Under the pieces are notes generated by a model, which saw nothing but the letters and a program-made list of their open reading frames with translations, had not been told where the DNA came from and did no database searches. A program made the translations under genes and the position numbers. A stretch of 64,000 nt of DNA from a virus, in IMG/VR virus record IMGVR_UViG_3300044731_001604, positions 93,573 through 157,572 of that record. One strand, written 5' to 3'. Positions 9,384 through 19,020 of this stretch are shown here, piece after piece. Within the stretch, counting starts at the first letter, position 1; the number at the start of each line of letters is the position of its first letter.

Positions 9384-9630
9384 CTGTAACCTCATTTCCG
9401 TCTCTATCCAATTTGTAGATAGACATTATTTTTTGTATAGCATTTTCATTTAAAAACCATGCCAAAGCTTGGATCGCGGCAATGATTAGAACAACTTTTG
9501 AATATATTGGCTTGTCTGATGGAATTGTAAAGTACCAAAGAACTAACGCAATTGCTAGAAATCTTGAGAATTTACTAGCACTTACAGTTTTTTTAAGTTC
9601 TTTTTTAGCCAAATCTTTAAATTCTATCAT
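9376..9630 (-). CDS. Small membrane protein with two TM helices
   Basis: Hydrophobic segments FLAIALVLWYF and VVLIIAAIQALAWFL; SD AGAGG. Confidence 0.6.
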   Translation of the reverse strand: MIEFKDLAKKELKKTVSASKFSRFLAIALVLWYFTIPSDKPIYSKVVLIIAAIQALAWFLNENAIQKIMSIYKLDRDGNEVTDE

Positions 9631-9657
9631 TTTACCTCTTACAATATCTATACCACA

Positions 9658-10194
9658 TTATCCATTAGTTTTATTAGTGTTTTCTTTATATTTTTTATTT
9701 AATTCTTTTCTTTTTTGTTTAACTTGCGCATTACTTGGATATTCATCGTGTTCATAATAATGGTAATATATAAATATATCTAGTTCGATGTCAACTTTTA
9801 TTTTCCAAGTTGGAATTTTAATGCCAATCTCATGCGCAATGGTTTCTCTATATACAGAGTCATCCCTCTCTTCTTTAAAGACAGCATATCTTTCTTTTTT
9901 AGTTAGAGGTGAACCGTCATGATTTTTATTTAAGATTCGAGATAACTCGCTAGAGAACGATCTTTCTTGATAAACCCAGGCCATGTGATGAGCTAGCTCA
10001 TGCAAGAAGTTTAAAATCATTTGAGTTTTACTTTGATTTTTCCAAGCAAATAGGGTAAGCTCGACAGTATTGTCTTCTGCAACTGTCCATGTAGCGCCTG
10101 CAGAACCAGGCTTATGTTTTTTAAAAAACAGCTTGATTCCCAGACCTTCTGCGTATTTTATTAATCTTTCGATTTCATTATCTCTTATGCCCAT
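9658..10194 (-). CDS. HExxH metallopeptidase-like protein (ImmA/IrrE-like)
   Basis: NFLHELAHH motif with a downstream EE. Confidence 0.55.
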   Translation of the reverse strand: MGIRDNEIERLIKYAEGLGIKLFFKKHKPGSAGATWTVAEDNTVELTLFAWKNQSKTQMILNFLHELAHHMAWVYQERSFSSELSRILNKNHDGSPLTKKERYAVFKEERDDSVYRETIAHEIGIKIPTWKIKVDIELDIFIYYHYYEHDEYPSNAQVKQKRKELNKKYKENTNKTNG

Positions 10195-10262
10195 ATCGTA
10201 TTGCCGCCTTGTGATCCTATTAAGATTAGGAATAAGACCGTTGTTTAAAAACTTTAATTAAA

Positions 10263-10844
10263 TTAAACACTTAGCATTACTCTTGCTGCCTCTAAACACA
10301 ATAAAGCATCGTATTTCGCCGTGTGCAGCTCTCCCTTTTCTATATCTATTTTTAGGGCCTGAGCTAGCTTGCCCAAAGAGAGATACGTGTTCTTAGGCAA
10401 CTTCCCTTGTATCTTTAATGCTAGCCCCAGAGTCACTGTATCTAATGAGTGGTAGCTTATATAATTATTCCACAAAGATTCTTTTAGCAATTGATTAACA
10501 ATAAATGATATGTCAAATTTTACATTATGTCCCATTGGAATCAATTTATTTGTACCGTTATTAGACCTACTTTGAATAAATGTATATAGCGCTCTAGATG
10601 CATCTGTTAAAGATAGGGCCTCTGCGTCATGTTTTACTAGATCAATTTTATTTACCTTCATGGCCCCAGCAGTGACGTTATATGGGCTGTTGTTATCTGG
10701 TTTAATTTTAATATCTAATTCACTATGGATAGTCATATTTCCGTCTGAATTTCTTGTAACGATAGCTGCATACATAGACAATAGGCTATTAATCGTTGAA
10801 TCTAATCCACCAGTTTCAGTATCTAACAACAAAAACGTTTCCAT
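10263..10844 (-). CDS. DEDDh 3'-5' exonuclease (DnaQ/epsilon-like)
   Basis: ExoI LDTETGGL, ExoII GHNVKFD, ExoIII LHTAKYD; likely start METF at 10844. Confidence 0.88.
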   Translation of the reverse strand: METFLLLDTETGGLDSTINSLLSMYAAIVTRNSDGNMTIHSELDIKIKPDNNSPYNVTAGAMKVNKIDLVKHDAEALSLTDASRALYTFIQSRSNNGTNKLIPMGHNVKFDISFIVNQLLKESLWNNYISYHSLDTVTLGLALKIQGKLPKNTYLSLGKLAQALKIDIEKGELHTAKYDALLCLEAARVMLSV

Positions 10845-10845
10845 T

Positions 10846-11517
10846 TTATTCCCCAAGTAAGGCATCTACTTGCCCATAAAGATAATTTAAAGATCCTTTA
10901 TTATCTAGTATAGCATCAAAATTATAATTATCCAAGTCTCTTTCTGATGAGTCTATATTAGAGGTAGTATCAAATCTATTTACTCTTACAAATTTAATTG
11001 TACTTGAAAAATGTTCAAGAAGAGTATTGGCTTCGTTAATAAACCTTAAATCTGTTATTACTATGTTTCCAGACATAGTTTTTATTTTATTAATTCCGAC
11101 GTCTACCCAATAATTTGGGTTAACAGATCTGGCCATGGCTCCTTGTATTAAAAGGAGTGACCTTGGCGTGTGAAATAGCTTTTTCATGCCGTCTGCGAAA
11201 AAGCCCTCCATTGATCCGGTTGTTTTATTTAGCATTATGTTAACTGCTTTTTTGTTATCGCTTGTTTTAAAGTGTTGAACCAGTTCATTGCAGACTAATT
11301 TTGAAACTCCGTCTTGCGGTACGACTGGATATTTTTCCAGCGCCGAGTCTTTCAATAGTCTATCGTCAAAATAATTTCTTGGAATTTGAAAAGTTTTTGA
11401 TGTAGCATCTTTGAGGGTATCTGCAAACGATACTCTAGCATAGCCATAATTGTTAACCAGATAGTCGGCCACTGTATCTTTACCAGATCCTGCCCACCCA
11501 CTTAATGCTATAATCAT
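10846..11517 (-). CDS. Deoxynucleoside monophosphate kinase (T4 gp1/T5 dnk-like)
   Basis: GWAGSGKDT P-loop, SFADTLK, ITDLRFINE, SSE. Confidence 0.85.
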   Translation of the reverse strand: MIIALSGWAGSGKDTVADYLVNNYGYARVSFADTLKDATSKTFQIPRNYFDDRLLKDSALEKYPVVPQDGVSKLVCNELVQHFKTSDNKKAVNIMLNKTTGSMEGFFADGMKKLFHTPRSLLLIQGAMARSVNPNYWVDVGINKIKTMSGNIVITDLRFINEANTLLEHFSSTIKFVRVNRFDTTSNIDSSERDLDNYNFDAILDNKGSLNYLYGQVDALLGE

Positions 11518-11547
11518 GCCAACCTCTGTTTATTTAAAAATTTTATT

Positions 11548-11739
11548 TTATTTTTTATTTATAATGTGAAAATATATTTGCATGAAGAGCGTGGTATAAT
11601 GCTCTTCGTATATTTTATACCTAATCCCATAATAAATATCTTTGCTACGTATGTTTTCATCAACTTGATGATGAGTTTGTATCTTCAATTGTTCATAAAT
11701 GAAGTTGCTAAAATTTTCAAATTGCTCGCGCTTTTTCAT
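11548..11739 (-). CDS. Hypothetical protein
   Basis: 63-aa ORF on the coding strand. Confidence 0.4.
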   Translation of the reverse strand: MKKREQFENFSNFIYEQLKIQTHHQVDENIRSKDIYYGIRYKIYEEHYTTLFMQIYFHIINKK

Positions 11740-11747
11740 TTAATGCC

Positions 11748-11975
11748 CTATACGGAATCACTTTTAACTAATTCAAAACAACTTGTATACCACCAGTCTT
11801 CATTTCCAAGTTCATTTTTTTCTATATACAACTGGTCTTTATATTTACAGTCTACATGTTTTACGACTTTAGATACTTTGTAGATGCCATTTTCTTTAAT
11901 AGTTACACCGAAACGAGATTCAAAACCTTCTGGCTCTATGCATTTAACGATGTCTCCAACTTTAAATTCACTCAT
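11748..11975 (-). CDS. Small SH3-like hypothetical protein
   Basis: FKVGDIVKC...FELV pattern; SD GGAGG; own TTGCAT-17-TATTAT promoter. Confidence 0.6.
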   Translation of the reverse strand: MSEFKVGDIVKCIEPEGFESRFGVTIKENGIYKVSKVVKHVDCKYKDQLYIEKNELGNEDWWYTSCFELVKSDSV

Positions 11976-12197
11976 AAAACCTCCGATATTTATATAATAT
12001 CAAAGTATGATTTAAAATGCAAGAATTATTTTGAAAAAAGAACTGGCCGGTCGCTACCCCAGCAATACACTTACTAAAGTTCAATATAATTGAGTATTTA
12101 TACGATTACCTTTGCATTCAGCGCAGTCTATTGTCTTTCCCATGCGTTCTAGCAGTATCTTTTTGATACTACAGCTTCCGCATCTCAGTTCTAAAAT

Positions 12198-12419
12198 TTA
12201 TTTCTTTTCAATAATACCCTGCATAGCAGAGCAATAACTATAGGCTAAGTCAGACGATATGGCAGGATTCTCTCTTTTATAGCTATTAATACAATTAACT
12301 AGGCTAAAATCCATTTTTGTTGGTTCTGATGAACAGCCTGCTATAAGCGTTGCGATTACTACTATGAGCGCAATTGAGAACAGAATTGCTGCTATTGGGG
12401 CTACTATATATCTTTGCAT
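12198..12419 (-). CDS. Putative lipoprotein
   Basis: Likely start MQRY at 12419 (SD GAGG); hydrophobic stretch followed by lipobox LIAG|C. Confidence 0.6.
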   Translation of the reverse strand: MQRYIVAPIAAILFSIALIVVIATLIAGCSSEPTKMDFSLVNCINSYKRENPAISSDLAYSYCSAMQGIIEKK

Positions 12420-12451
12420 TTTAAACCTCTTTATATTATCAAATACCACAA

Positions 12452-12736
12452 TTAATATTCATCTGCTAATTTATGTAGTTTTTTAGACAATTGCCATAAA
12501 TCACTTTGTGTTCGTTTATAGCACAGCTTATAGAACGCTGAGACTAATCTATCATCAAAGTCATGTGAGACATCTCTACATAATCTTCCAGATTTGTTTA
12601 TTGAAAGTGCTGGAATATCTCTACAGATTGTTTTTTTTAGGTTTTTTTCTGGAATATAGCAGGGCCATGCACCTTCTTCTAGGAAGTGGTGCAAATATCC
12701 ATAATATTTGTATGCCAATTTATCATATTTAGTCAC
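12452..12736 (-). CDS. Hypothetical protein
   Basis: 94 aa, GTG start with SD GAGG. Confidence 0.5.
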   Translation of the reverse strand: MTKYDKLAYKYYGYLHHFLEEGAWPCYIPEKNLKKTICRDIPALSINKSGRLCRDVSHDFDDRLVSAFYKLCYKRTQSDLWQLSKKLHKLADEY

Positions 12737-12751
12737 AAAAGCCTCTTTTGA

Positions 12752-13147
12752 TTATTTACTCTCTATCTCTAATTGTGCGCTGTTAATATTATATATAGGA
12801 TAGTATTTTCCATCGCCATCAATAAAAAAGCCTCTTTCAAAGCAATAGGACAAATACTTTTCTGCGCGTCTTTTGCTAGTAAGCCTAATGTTGTGCGGTT
12901 CGCCAGTCTTTGTGTTTCTTGGCTCAAAACCAGTAACATGCTTTGTTTGTACGCCGTCTTTAGTTTCAAAAGAAACGCAATATTTCGGTTTTAATTTTTC
13001 TTCTTCTAACCACTGTTCATCTTCTCTTCTTATTTTTTCTCTATCTGGATTTTCAATCCGAATTATGTAATATATGCGTCCAGCTAAAGTTATTAAAAAT
13101 GCAAATGCAGCCAATGTGAAGTATATTACAAATGTATAAAAGTCCAT
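12752..13147 (-). CDS. N-terminally membrane-anchored hypothetical protein
   Basis: 131 aa with an N-terminal TM segment. Confidence 0.55.
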   Translation of the reverse strand: MDFYTFVIYFTLAAFAFLITLAGRIYYIIRIENPDREKIRREDEQWLEEEKLKPKYCVSFETKDGVQTKHVTGFEPRNTKTGEPHNIRLTSKRRAEKYLSYCFERGFFIDGDGKYYPIYNINSAQLEIESK

Positions 13148-13148
13148 A

Positions 13149-13523
13149 TCAACCTTCCTTTAAAAGGATGCCATTAAGATAATTCTTACATTTAATTAGT
13201 TCGTTGTCAATATAATTCTTATTATTTAGAAGTCTGTTTCTTGGTGACGGGTGTGGTAGTTTAAAGTGTTCTATTTTGAGACTTTCCAGTACTTTTGATG
13301 AATTGTTTCCAAGGGCGATACATTTAAATCCCTGAGATGCTAGGTCGAATATTTTCGACTTGTCTGCATCTGTATGGCTATTGAGTAGTAAGTATCCAGG
13401 TATACCCATATAATGGGTCCATTTTATTAAATTGGAATGTGATTTAGTACCAACAAACGGTACTTTTTGGTCTAAATTCTTTGAACTTGGTCTATCTCCA
13501 ATAAAAACAATTTTATGTTTCAT
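13149..13523 (-). CDS. Minimal uracil-DNA glycosylase-like protein (UDG superfamily)
   Basis: IVFIGDRPS, PFVG, IALGN, LPHPSPRN. Confidence 0.75.
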   Translation of the reverse strand: MKHKIVFIGDRPSSKNLDQKVPFVGTKSHSNLIKWTHYMGIPGYLLLNSHTDADKSKIFDLASQGFKCIALGNNSSKVLESLKIEHFKLPHPSPRNRLLNNKNYIDNELIKCKNYLNGILLKEG

Positions 13524-13719
13524 TTTTTAATAAATCCTGTGGCTCGATCCAAGCTTTTAATTGGATTTCTAATTCCACTATACCACATTCTTCCCAACAA
13601 GGTCTAGCTTTTTTAAGCTCTTCTATACTAGAATATAGCGGCATTTTGCCCTCAAGATCTGGGGCTTCGCCAATTTCGCACTGCCAATCAATGCCGCAAG
13701 CATACAGCTTTCTACTCAT
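13513..13719 (-). CDS. Hypothetical protein
   Basis: 68 aa, coupled to neighbours. Confidence 0.55.
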   Translation of the reverse strand: MSRKLYACGIDWQCEIGEAPDLEGKMPLYSSIEELKKARPCWEECGIVELEIQLKAWIEPQDLLKNET

Positions 13720-13933
13720 TTTCTGGTTCCCACTGGTTTACATGTTCAACATAGCTAAAAATATGATTTGGATCTTCCTTCTTTTCAAGAACTACTTTTC
13801 TTTTGATTTTAGGTGGCTCTGCGCCGACCTCTTCCATTTTTTGTAAAATCTTTTTTGCCAATTCATTAGGAGTAACTGCACCAAATGCAGAACATTGCGC
13901 TTTAATAATTTCGATCATCTCACTTCTCTTCAT
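13712..13933 (-). CDS. Hypothetical protein, paralog of 13920..14147
   Basis: Likely start MKRSEMIEII at 13933. Confidence 0.6.
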   Translation of the reverse strand: MKRSEMIEIIKAQCSAFGAVTPNELAKKILQKMEEVGAEPPKIKRKVVLEKKEDPNHIFSYVEHVNQWEPENE

Positions 13934-14147
13934 CCTCAGCCTCCCATTCATTACCGCAGCCAATTTCAGAACATTTTCCAGTATCGCACTTTGATGGCGG
14001 CTCCATTCCAAAACCAAGCAGCATATCTAATATGCCAGAAGCTTTACGCTTATAATATGCCTGTTCTGTTTCGTTACTGTATTTTCTACTGGCAGCGGCA
14101 TCCACCATCTCAGCAGCAATATGTTCAATTATTTCACTTCGTTTCAT
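13920..14147 (-). CDS. Hypothetical protein, paralog of 13712..13933
   Basis: MKRSEIIEHI...GMEPP...NEWEAE. Confidence 0.6.
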   Translation of the reverse strand: MKRSEIIEHIAAEMVDAAASRKYSNETEQAYYKRKASGILDMLLGFGMEPPSKCDTGKCSEIGCGNEWEAEDEEK

Positions 14148-14356
14148 AATCTACCTTTTACTTCCGCAAGTTGCCCAATAAACTTGGGTTTCTCTTTTTT
14201 CAAATTTAATTAAACACGGAGCATCTGGAAAATGAACTGAACAATTCTTTTTTGCTGTTTGTAAATTTTGTGTATCAATTCTTGTCATATTATTATTAAA
14301 GCCGATAATTTTTGTTTTCGGGCATGATAGTGATATTGTTAAAATTAATGTAATCC

Positions 14357-14611
14357 TTACTCGAACTCCATGGCCCTATCTACACAGTATTGTTTCAGTA
14401 TTTCAATAGGTACAATACTACAATCATTTGCCCAGCAATTGTAATTAATTGCCATCTCGCAACCCTCTTCATAGGACTCTTTGTTAGATCTTTTAATGAC
14501 GCCAGCACTTACTTGTTGCTCATCTAATGCACCATTTCTAAATCCAAGTTTATAAGCTAAGTTGCCCATAGATATTGTGTATAGTAGCAGTATAATTATA
14601 TTAGATCTCAT
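14357..14611 (-). CDS. Hypothetical protein with an N-terminal hydrophobic segment
   Basis: 84 aa; Cys-containing C-terminal region. Confidence 0.5.
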   Translation of the reverse strand: MRSNIIILLLYTISMGNLAYKLGFRNGALDEQQVSAGVIKRSNKESYEEGCEMAINYNCWANDCSIVPIEILKQYCVDRAMEFE

Positions 14612-14618
14612 ATAATGG

Positions 14619-14921
14619 CTATTTTCTTTTCAAATCTTTTTTTAATTGTTTAAAAATAATCTCAATTCTATTTAAGACTTTATCTATAAAATTTTTATTC
14701 TTTTTAAAAGTTCTAATGGTGACATAAGAATAGAACCCATTTTCTGCTTCCCACGCACCACGCTCTACGTTTTCACTTTGCTCTAATGGAACTTTCCATT
14801 TAGCGGCTCTATTTTTAATTTTTCTTTGTACTAATGGCAACGACATATAGGTCTCTAGCTCTTTTTCAGCCAAGTAGACCCCCGTATATTGGTAAATTTT
14901 TGCTTTCAATTTTAAAGACAT
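14619..14921 (-). CDS. Hypothetical protein
   Basis: Likely start MSLK at 14921 after GAGGGA. Confidence 0.5.
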   Translation of the reverse strand: MSLKLKAKIYQYTGVYLAEKELETYMSLPLVQRKIKNRAAKWKVPLEQSENVERGAWEAENGFYSYVTIRTFKKNKNFIDKVLNRIEIIFKQLKKDLKRK

Positions 14922-14936
14922 AGGTCCCTCTTGCAA

Positions 14937-15206
14937 TTATTTATTTGCATTTTTAAGCATTCTTCCAATTTTATTTAATTTGCGATCAACATCTGCTCTA
15001 AAAAGAGCTTGGTGCATTCTTTCGTAATCCTGTGTCATAATTTCTTGGGAAAGTCTTTCCGCGTCTCTGTCAACACCAAGAGCATTTCTTAAAATAACTT
15101 TAAGTTTATTTCTATTTTTATAAAGGATAACTACTGCCACAACTTCTGCTAAGATATATAATCCAAAAAGTGTTACAAGTACGAGGTTTAAATCAACTGA
15201 TTCCAT
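14937..15206 (-). CDS. Single-TM membrane protein
   Basis: N-terminal TM segment; SD AGGAG. Confidence 0.6.
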   Translation of the reverse strand: MESVDLNLVLVTLFGLYILAEVVAVVILYKNRNKLKVILRNALGVDRDAERLSQEIMTQDYERMHQALFRADVDRKLNKIGRMLKNANK

Positions 15207-15310
15207 AAAAGTCTCCTTATTAAAAGTTCGTAGACATCTTCCACCTGTAATTCGGCTACATCGCCTGTCTACAAAAATAGAATATCAAAGTTTTAATAAA
15301 AAAACAAGTA

Positions 15311-15991
15311 TTATTTCAATAATTTTTGGGATGTCTCATTTTGAGACGATTCAGTTACTTTAATTGATTCATTGAAGAGCAGTGCAAACCACAACCAGAT
15401 AGTTTGGCAAATTTGCTTGTTTGACATGCCAGTATCCAATTCTGTTTCGTGTACGTTTTCATCAACTATCATTATACTTGGATCTGAAGTATTAACCCAT
15501 ACAAAGCGGTTTATTTGTATATACCGCTCTCTGAGTTTGTCTATAGTTTCTGAGTATGTAATTGTTTTGGCTAACTCATTAGCCATTGTGATAAACTCTT
15601 CTACTGTATCGCCATGTTGCATGTTATGTTCTGCTAAATCTTCTGCTAATTCTTTTTTAAAATATTCAAGTGTTGCGATAGTGAAGCCGTGAACTTCTTT
15701 TGTTAATACTGGGGATTGGCTTTTTTTAAACAATCTATTAAAGATATTTTTAATAAATGTGAGTGATAACACTGGCACTTTAACTACAAAATACACCTGT
15801 GTGAATTGATGACCTTCTTTGCCAGATATATTTACTTTTGCTTCGTTGTTTGTAAGACATTTATTAATACTGTCCGAAAAATCTTTGTCACTCTTAAAAA
15901 GAACTTGTTTTTTAAGTTGTTCTTTTATTGAAATGTTAACTTTGTTGTGTGTATGTTTTTTAGATAAGTGACTATTGGGACCATCGGGCAT
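15311..15991 (-). CDS. Hypothetical protein
   Basis: 226 aa, SD AGGAG, upstream TTGACG-17-GACAAT. Confidence 0.6.
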   Translation of the reverse strand: MPDGPNSHLSKKHTHNKVNISIKEQLKKQVLFKSDKDFSDSINKCLTNNEAKVNISGKEGHQFTQVYFVVKVPVLSLTFIKNIFNRLFKKSQSPVLTKEVHGFTIATLEYFKKELAEDLAEHNMQHGDTVEEFITMANELAKTITYSETIDKLRERYIQINRFVWVNTSDPSIMIVDENVHETELDTGMSNKQICQTIWLWFALLFNESIKVTESSQNETSQKLLK

Positions 15992-16073
15992 ATTTACTCC
16001 TGTATTAATATTGTCTCATACTTAACAGTTGCCGTCAAGAAAAAAAAATAATTGCTGTTTTAAAACAACAAGA

Positions 16074-16149
<76 letters not shown>

Positions 16150-16151
16150 AC

Positions 16152-16178
16152 AAAAAAGCCCAGGCAAACACCTGGGCT
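16152..16178 (-). terminator. Rho-independent terminator after the major capsid gene
   Basis: AGCCCAGG-tgtttg-CCTGGGCT followed by a T run on the minus strand. Confidence 0.85.
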
Positions 16179-16203
16179 GTCTAACTTTAAATAAAGCTAA
16201 TAA

Positions 16204-17595
16204 TTAGAACAAGTTATCAATGATAACGTTCTTACGTGGTTGATATCCAGCTAAAGTCAAGAAACGGAAGTGAGCTTCAGTTTCAGAAAGTTCAGCTTGA
16301 GCAAGTTTCATACGGCTGTATGGGCTAAGCTCATGGAATCCCCATGTATCTTTTTGGATCATGTAACCAGTTACGAAACCTGGAGCTTTGTTTCCAAGGT
16401 CAGTAAATACTTGTGATGCAGAACCATCTGATTTCATTCTTCCGATGAATTTAGCAGTAGCTGCAGAGCTTCCTCTGTAAACGTTGTAATGAGTAGCACC
16501 AGCAACGCCAGCGATAGTCAAGTCAACTCTTTCACCAAGAGTAACAGTTACAGCAGCAGAAGCAGTAGCAACGCCTTCGCCACGTTCATTTTCAGCAGTA
16601 ACTAAATAGATATAGCTTCCTGCAGGGATGATAGCACCAGATCCTGTGTGAGCGCCAGAAACAGTAGCTGGAGCAGCAGGAGATCCGATCATTGGACGTA
16701 ATGGGCTAGTTTTTCCAGACAAGAAACGGCTATCTTCGATAGCAACAGTTCCGTTAGAAACCCATTGTCTACGGAGGTCGGCACCAGAAGCATCTTGTGC
16801 AGAACCAGCAAGCATAATTCTTTGGATGCTGTTAGCACCTGTTCCAAGAGCGATAGCTTTATTGTATCCAGAAAGGATAACAGGGTCAACATAAAGAGTT
16901 TCAGCTTTACCCATGTTCATGCGTGAACGAAGAGCAGCATCTTCAATAATAGGTTGATCTAAAGCACCATTTTTAGAAAGAACTACTGATTGGTTTGATC
17001 CGTAAGAAGCAAACATTAAATCTTGTGTAGAAACAAGAATATCAGACATACGGATGTGAGAATCAACACCCATCATGTTTGGAAGTTCAGGGATAGCATT
17101 TGGATTACCGTCGAAAACACCATTGTTAGAAAAGTGAGCTTTTCCACCGAAAGCGTCGAATTCGATATCAGCAGCAAGTTTGATAGCTGCGTTTTCTGCT
17201 TCTCTATCAGCAGCTTTTTTACCGTCAATAGTTTCCATCATGTTTGCAGCGATAGTTACACGCTCAATACAAGAATAGAAGCACATTGGAACAGTCGCTC
17301 TGATATAATCGCCAACATTAAGATCGCCTACTGCGCCTTCACGTTGAGCAGATCCGCCGAAGCGTCCATAAGAAAGCTGTCTGTTGAATTGAACCAACAA
17401 AGACTTAGCTTTTTTAACTGGGAAGAGCTTTTGTAATTTAATGTGACTATCATCAAATGTCACATTGTGCATTACAGGCTCAAGGTTTTCGATTTGGAGG
17501 GCAGAACCTTGAACAAGTTGCGAAGGAGCAACGTTGTAGTTTCCAGCCTCAAGAGTTTTGACCAGACCCTCTAGAGTCTTAACTAGGTCATTCAT
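16204..17595 (-). CDS. Major capsid protein (SPO1/Twort-like, HK97 fold)
   Basis: 463 aa. N-terminus LVK|TLEAGNYNVAPSQLVQGSALQIENL parallels the Twort-like VVK|SFQTGYGITPDTQ..AGALRRE. Also AADIEFDAFGG and an FN3-like insertion (YIYLVTAENERGEG...YNVYRG). Confidence 0.9.
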   Translation of the reverse strand: MNDLVKTLEGLVKTLEAGNYNVAPSQLVQGSALQIENLEPVMHNVTFDDSHIKLQKLFPVKKAKSLLVQFNRQLSYGRFGGSAQREGAVGDLNVGDYIRATVPMCFYSCIERVTIAANMMETIDGKKAADREAENAAIKLAADIEFDAFGGKAHFSNNGVFDGNPNAIPELPNMMGVDSHIRMSDILVSTQDLMFASYGSNQSVVLSKNGALDQPIIEDAALRSRMNMGKAETLYVDPVILSGYNKAIALGTGANSIQRIMLAGSAQDASGADLRRQWVSNGTVAIEDSRFLSGKTSPLRPMIGSPAAPATVSGAHTGSGAIIPAGSYIYLVTAENERGEGVATASAAVTVTLGERVDLTIAGVAGATHYNVYRGSSAATAKFIGRMKSDGSASQVFTDLGNKAPGFVTGYMIQKDTWGFHELSPYSRMKLAQAELSETEAHFRFLTLAGYQPRKNVIIDNLF

Positions 17596-18419
17596 TTATT
17601 ACCCCCTTTAGAGTTAATTAATTTTTCGATTTCTTGTTGACCTTCTCCGTATAAGAAGAAAGTGTTTATCATTTCACGTTCATTTTTTGTTAAAGAAGCG
17701 TTTCTGCTGAGCTTAGTAGCTTCAGCTTTAACTTCTTCTTTGCTTAATTGTTTATTGCTATTCATTTCTGATTTAGCAACAAATTGGATATCTGTAATTG
17801 ATTTTCTAGAAGGTTTAGCTAGAACTTCAAAAGCTTTAGTAATTTGAGCTAAAGCGTGAGCTTGTTCTTGAACTTGTTTTTCTAGAGCAATAATTTTTTC
17901 AGATTTTTCCATTTCATCTTGTTGTTCCGGTTGTTCTTGTTCTTCAGGTTGTGCAGGAGTTTCTTCAGGTTGCTCTTGTGGAGCAGCTTGTTGGTCCTCT
18001 TGTCCATAAGCACTTTGCAATGCTTGTCTGATTACAGAATAATGCCGTTCTAACTCTTGATGATCCATGCTACCATAAATTTGACTAAGCTCTTCATCAG
18101 TAAGAGGAGCATCTTCTTGCTCTTCTTCTAATTGTTGATCAGGTTGCTCTTCAGGTTGTTCTTCTGGTTGTTCTTCTGGTTGTTGTTCCTGTTCAGGTTG
18201 AGCTTCTTGCTCAGGTGCTTGTTCTTGCTCAGGAGCAGCCATTTCTGGTTGTTCTTCAGCAGGAGCTGGAGCAGCTTCCTCTTCAGGTTGAGCTTGATCT
18301 TCTTGTGGAGGCATATCATCTTTTCTTAACGAGCTTTTTGACAAAAAAGATGCTTTAGCAAGGACTTCATCAACCCCTGCAATCAATGCATCTAATTCGC
18401 TTTCGCTGTAATTTTTCAT
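17592..18419 (-). CDS. Capsid scaffolding protein (putative)
   Basis: Acidic E/Q/P repeats (EQPE) and a coiled coil; immediately upstream of MCP; several K|S motifs. Confidence 0.7.
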   Translation of the reverse strand: MKNYSESELDALIAGVDEVLAKASFLSKSSLRKDDMPPQEDQAQPEEEAAPAPAEEQPEMAAPEQEQAPEQEAQPEQEQQPEEQPEEQPEEQPDQQLEEEQEDAPLTDEELSQIYGSMDHQELERHYSVIRQALQSAYGQEDQQAAPQEQPEETPAQPEEQEQPEQQDEMEKSEKIIALEKQVQEQAHALAQITKAFEVLAKPSRKSITDIQFVAKSEMNSNKQLSKEEVKAEATKLSRNASLTKNEREMINTFFLYGEGQQEIEKLINSKGGNK

Positions 18420-18448
18420 GTTATATCTCCTCTTATTACTTCTAATTA

Positions 18449-18877
18449 TTAATTAGAAGTTGTAAGTGGATTGATTTCGTCGCTAGGTAATTCACAAACT
18501 GTAGTTGCAGCAGCGAAAGCAGCGTCAAAAGTAGCAAGTGTTGCTGGTGAAATACTAGCTTCACGGATTTTGATTTTGCAACCCATTTTAGCAACTGCAG
18601 CAGTCATTTTAGCTGTAAGAACTGTATCAGCTGGAGTTTCTTGCAACATTTCGATAATGTGTGGACTGTAAACACGTTGTGGAAGACCGAGACCATCTAC
18701 ACGACCTGCGTTGCCATCAGTTACGATTTTAACAAGAGCTGTAGCAGCTCCAAGCGTTACTTCTAAAGCAGGAAATCCATCTGCATCTAGAGCTTCTCTA
18801 AATGTAGCAGTTGGCATTACTAGAGCCAGTCTTTGTTTTAATTCTCTTTCTTTGGCTTGAGCCGCGAAAACTGACAT
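18449..18877 (-). CDS. Head-associated protein (putative)
   Basis: 142 aa, strong SD AAAGGAG, first gene of the scaffold-MCP unit. Confidence 0.55.
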   Translation of the reverse strand: MSVFAAQAKERELKQRLALVMPTATFREALDADGFPALEVTLGAATALVKIVTDGNAGRVDGLGLPQRVYSPHIIEMLQETPADTVLTAKMTAAVAKMGCKIKIREASISPATLATFDAAFAAATTVCELPSDEINPLTTSN

Positions 18878-19020
18878 TTTACTCTCCTTTGTTATTTGAG
18901 TTATTAATGTTGATTCTTTCTCAACTATAAATACATTAGGATTCTTCTCGAAAATATGGGCAGCTCAAATCCTATATATTAGATTTGGCAAATTAATTTC
19001 AATTAATTATTAGACAATAA

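Noticed and set aside
9376-9630. Holin
   Set aside because: It has two TM helices but no adjacent endolysin or other supporting evidence.
17920-18300. Tandem DNA repeats (ggttgttcttct-like)
   Set aside because: Explained by EQPE coding repeats in the scaffold protein. The Q/M tract of the portal (~30420-30560) is likewise coding.
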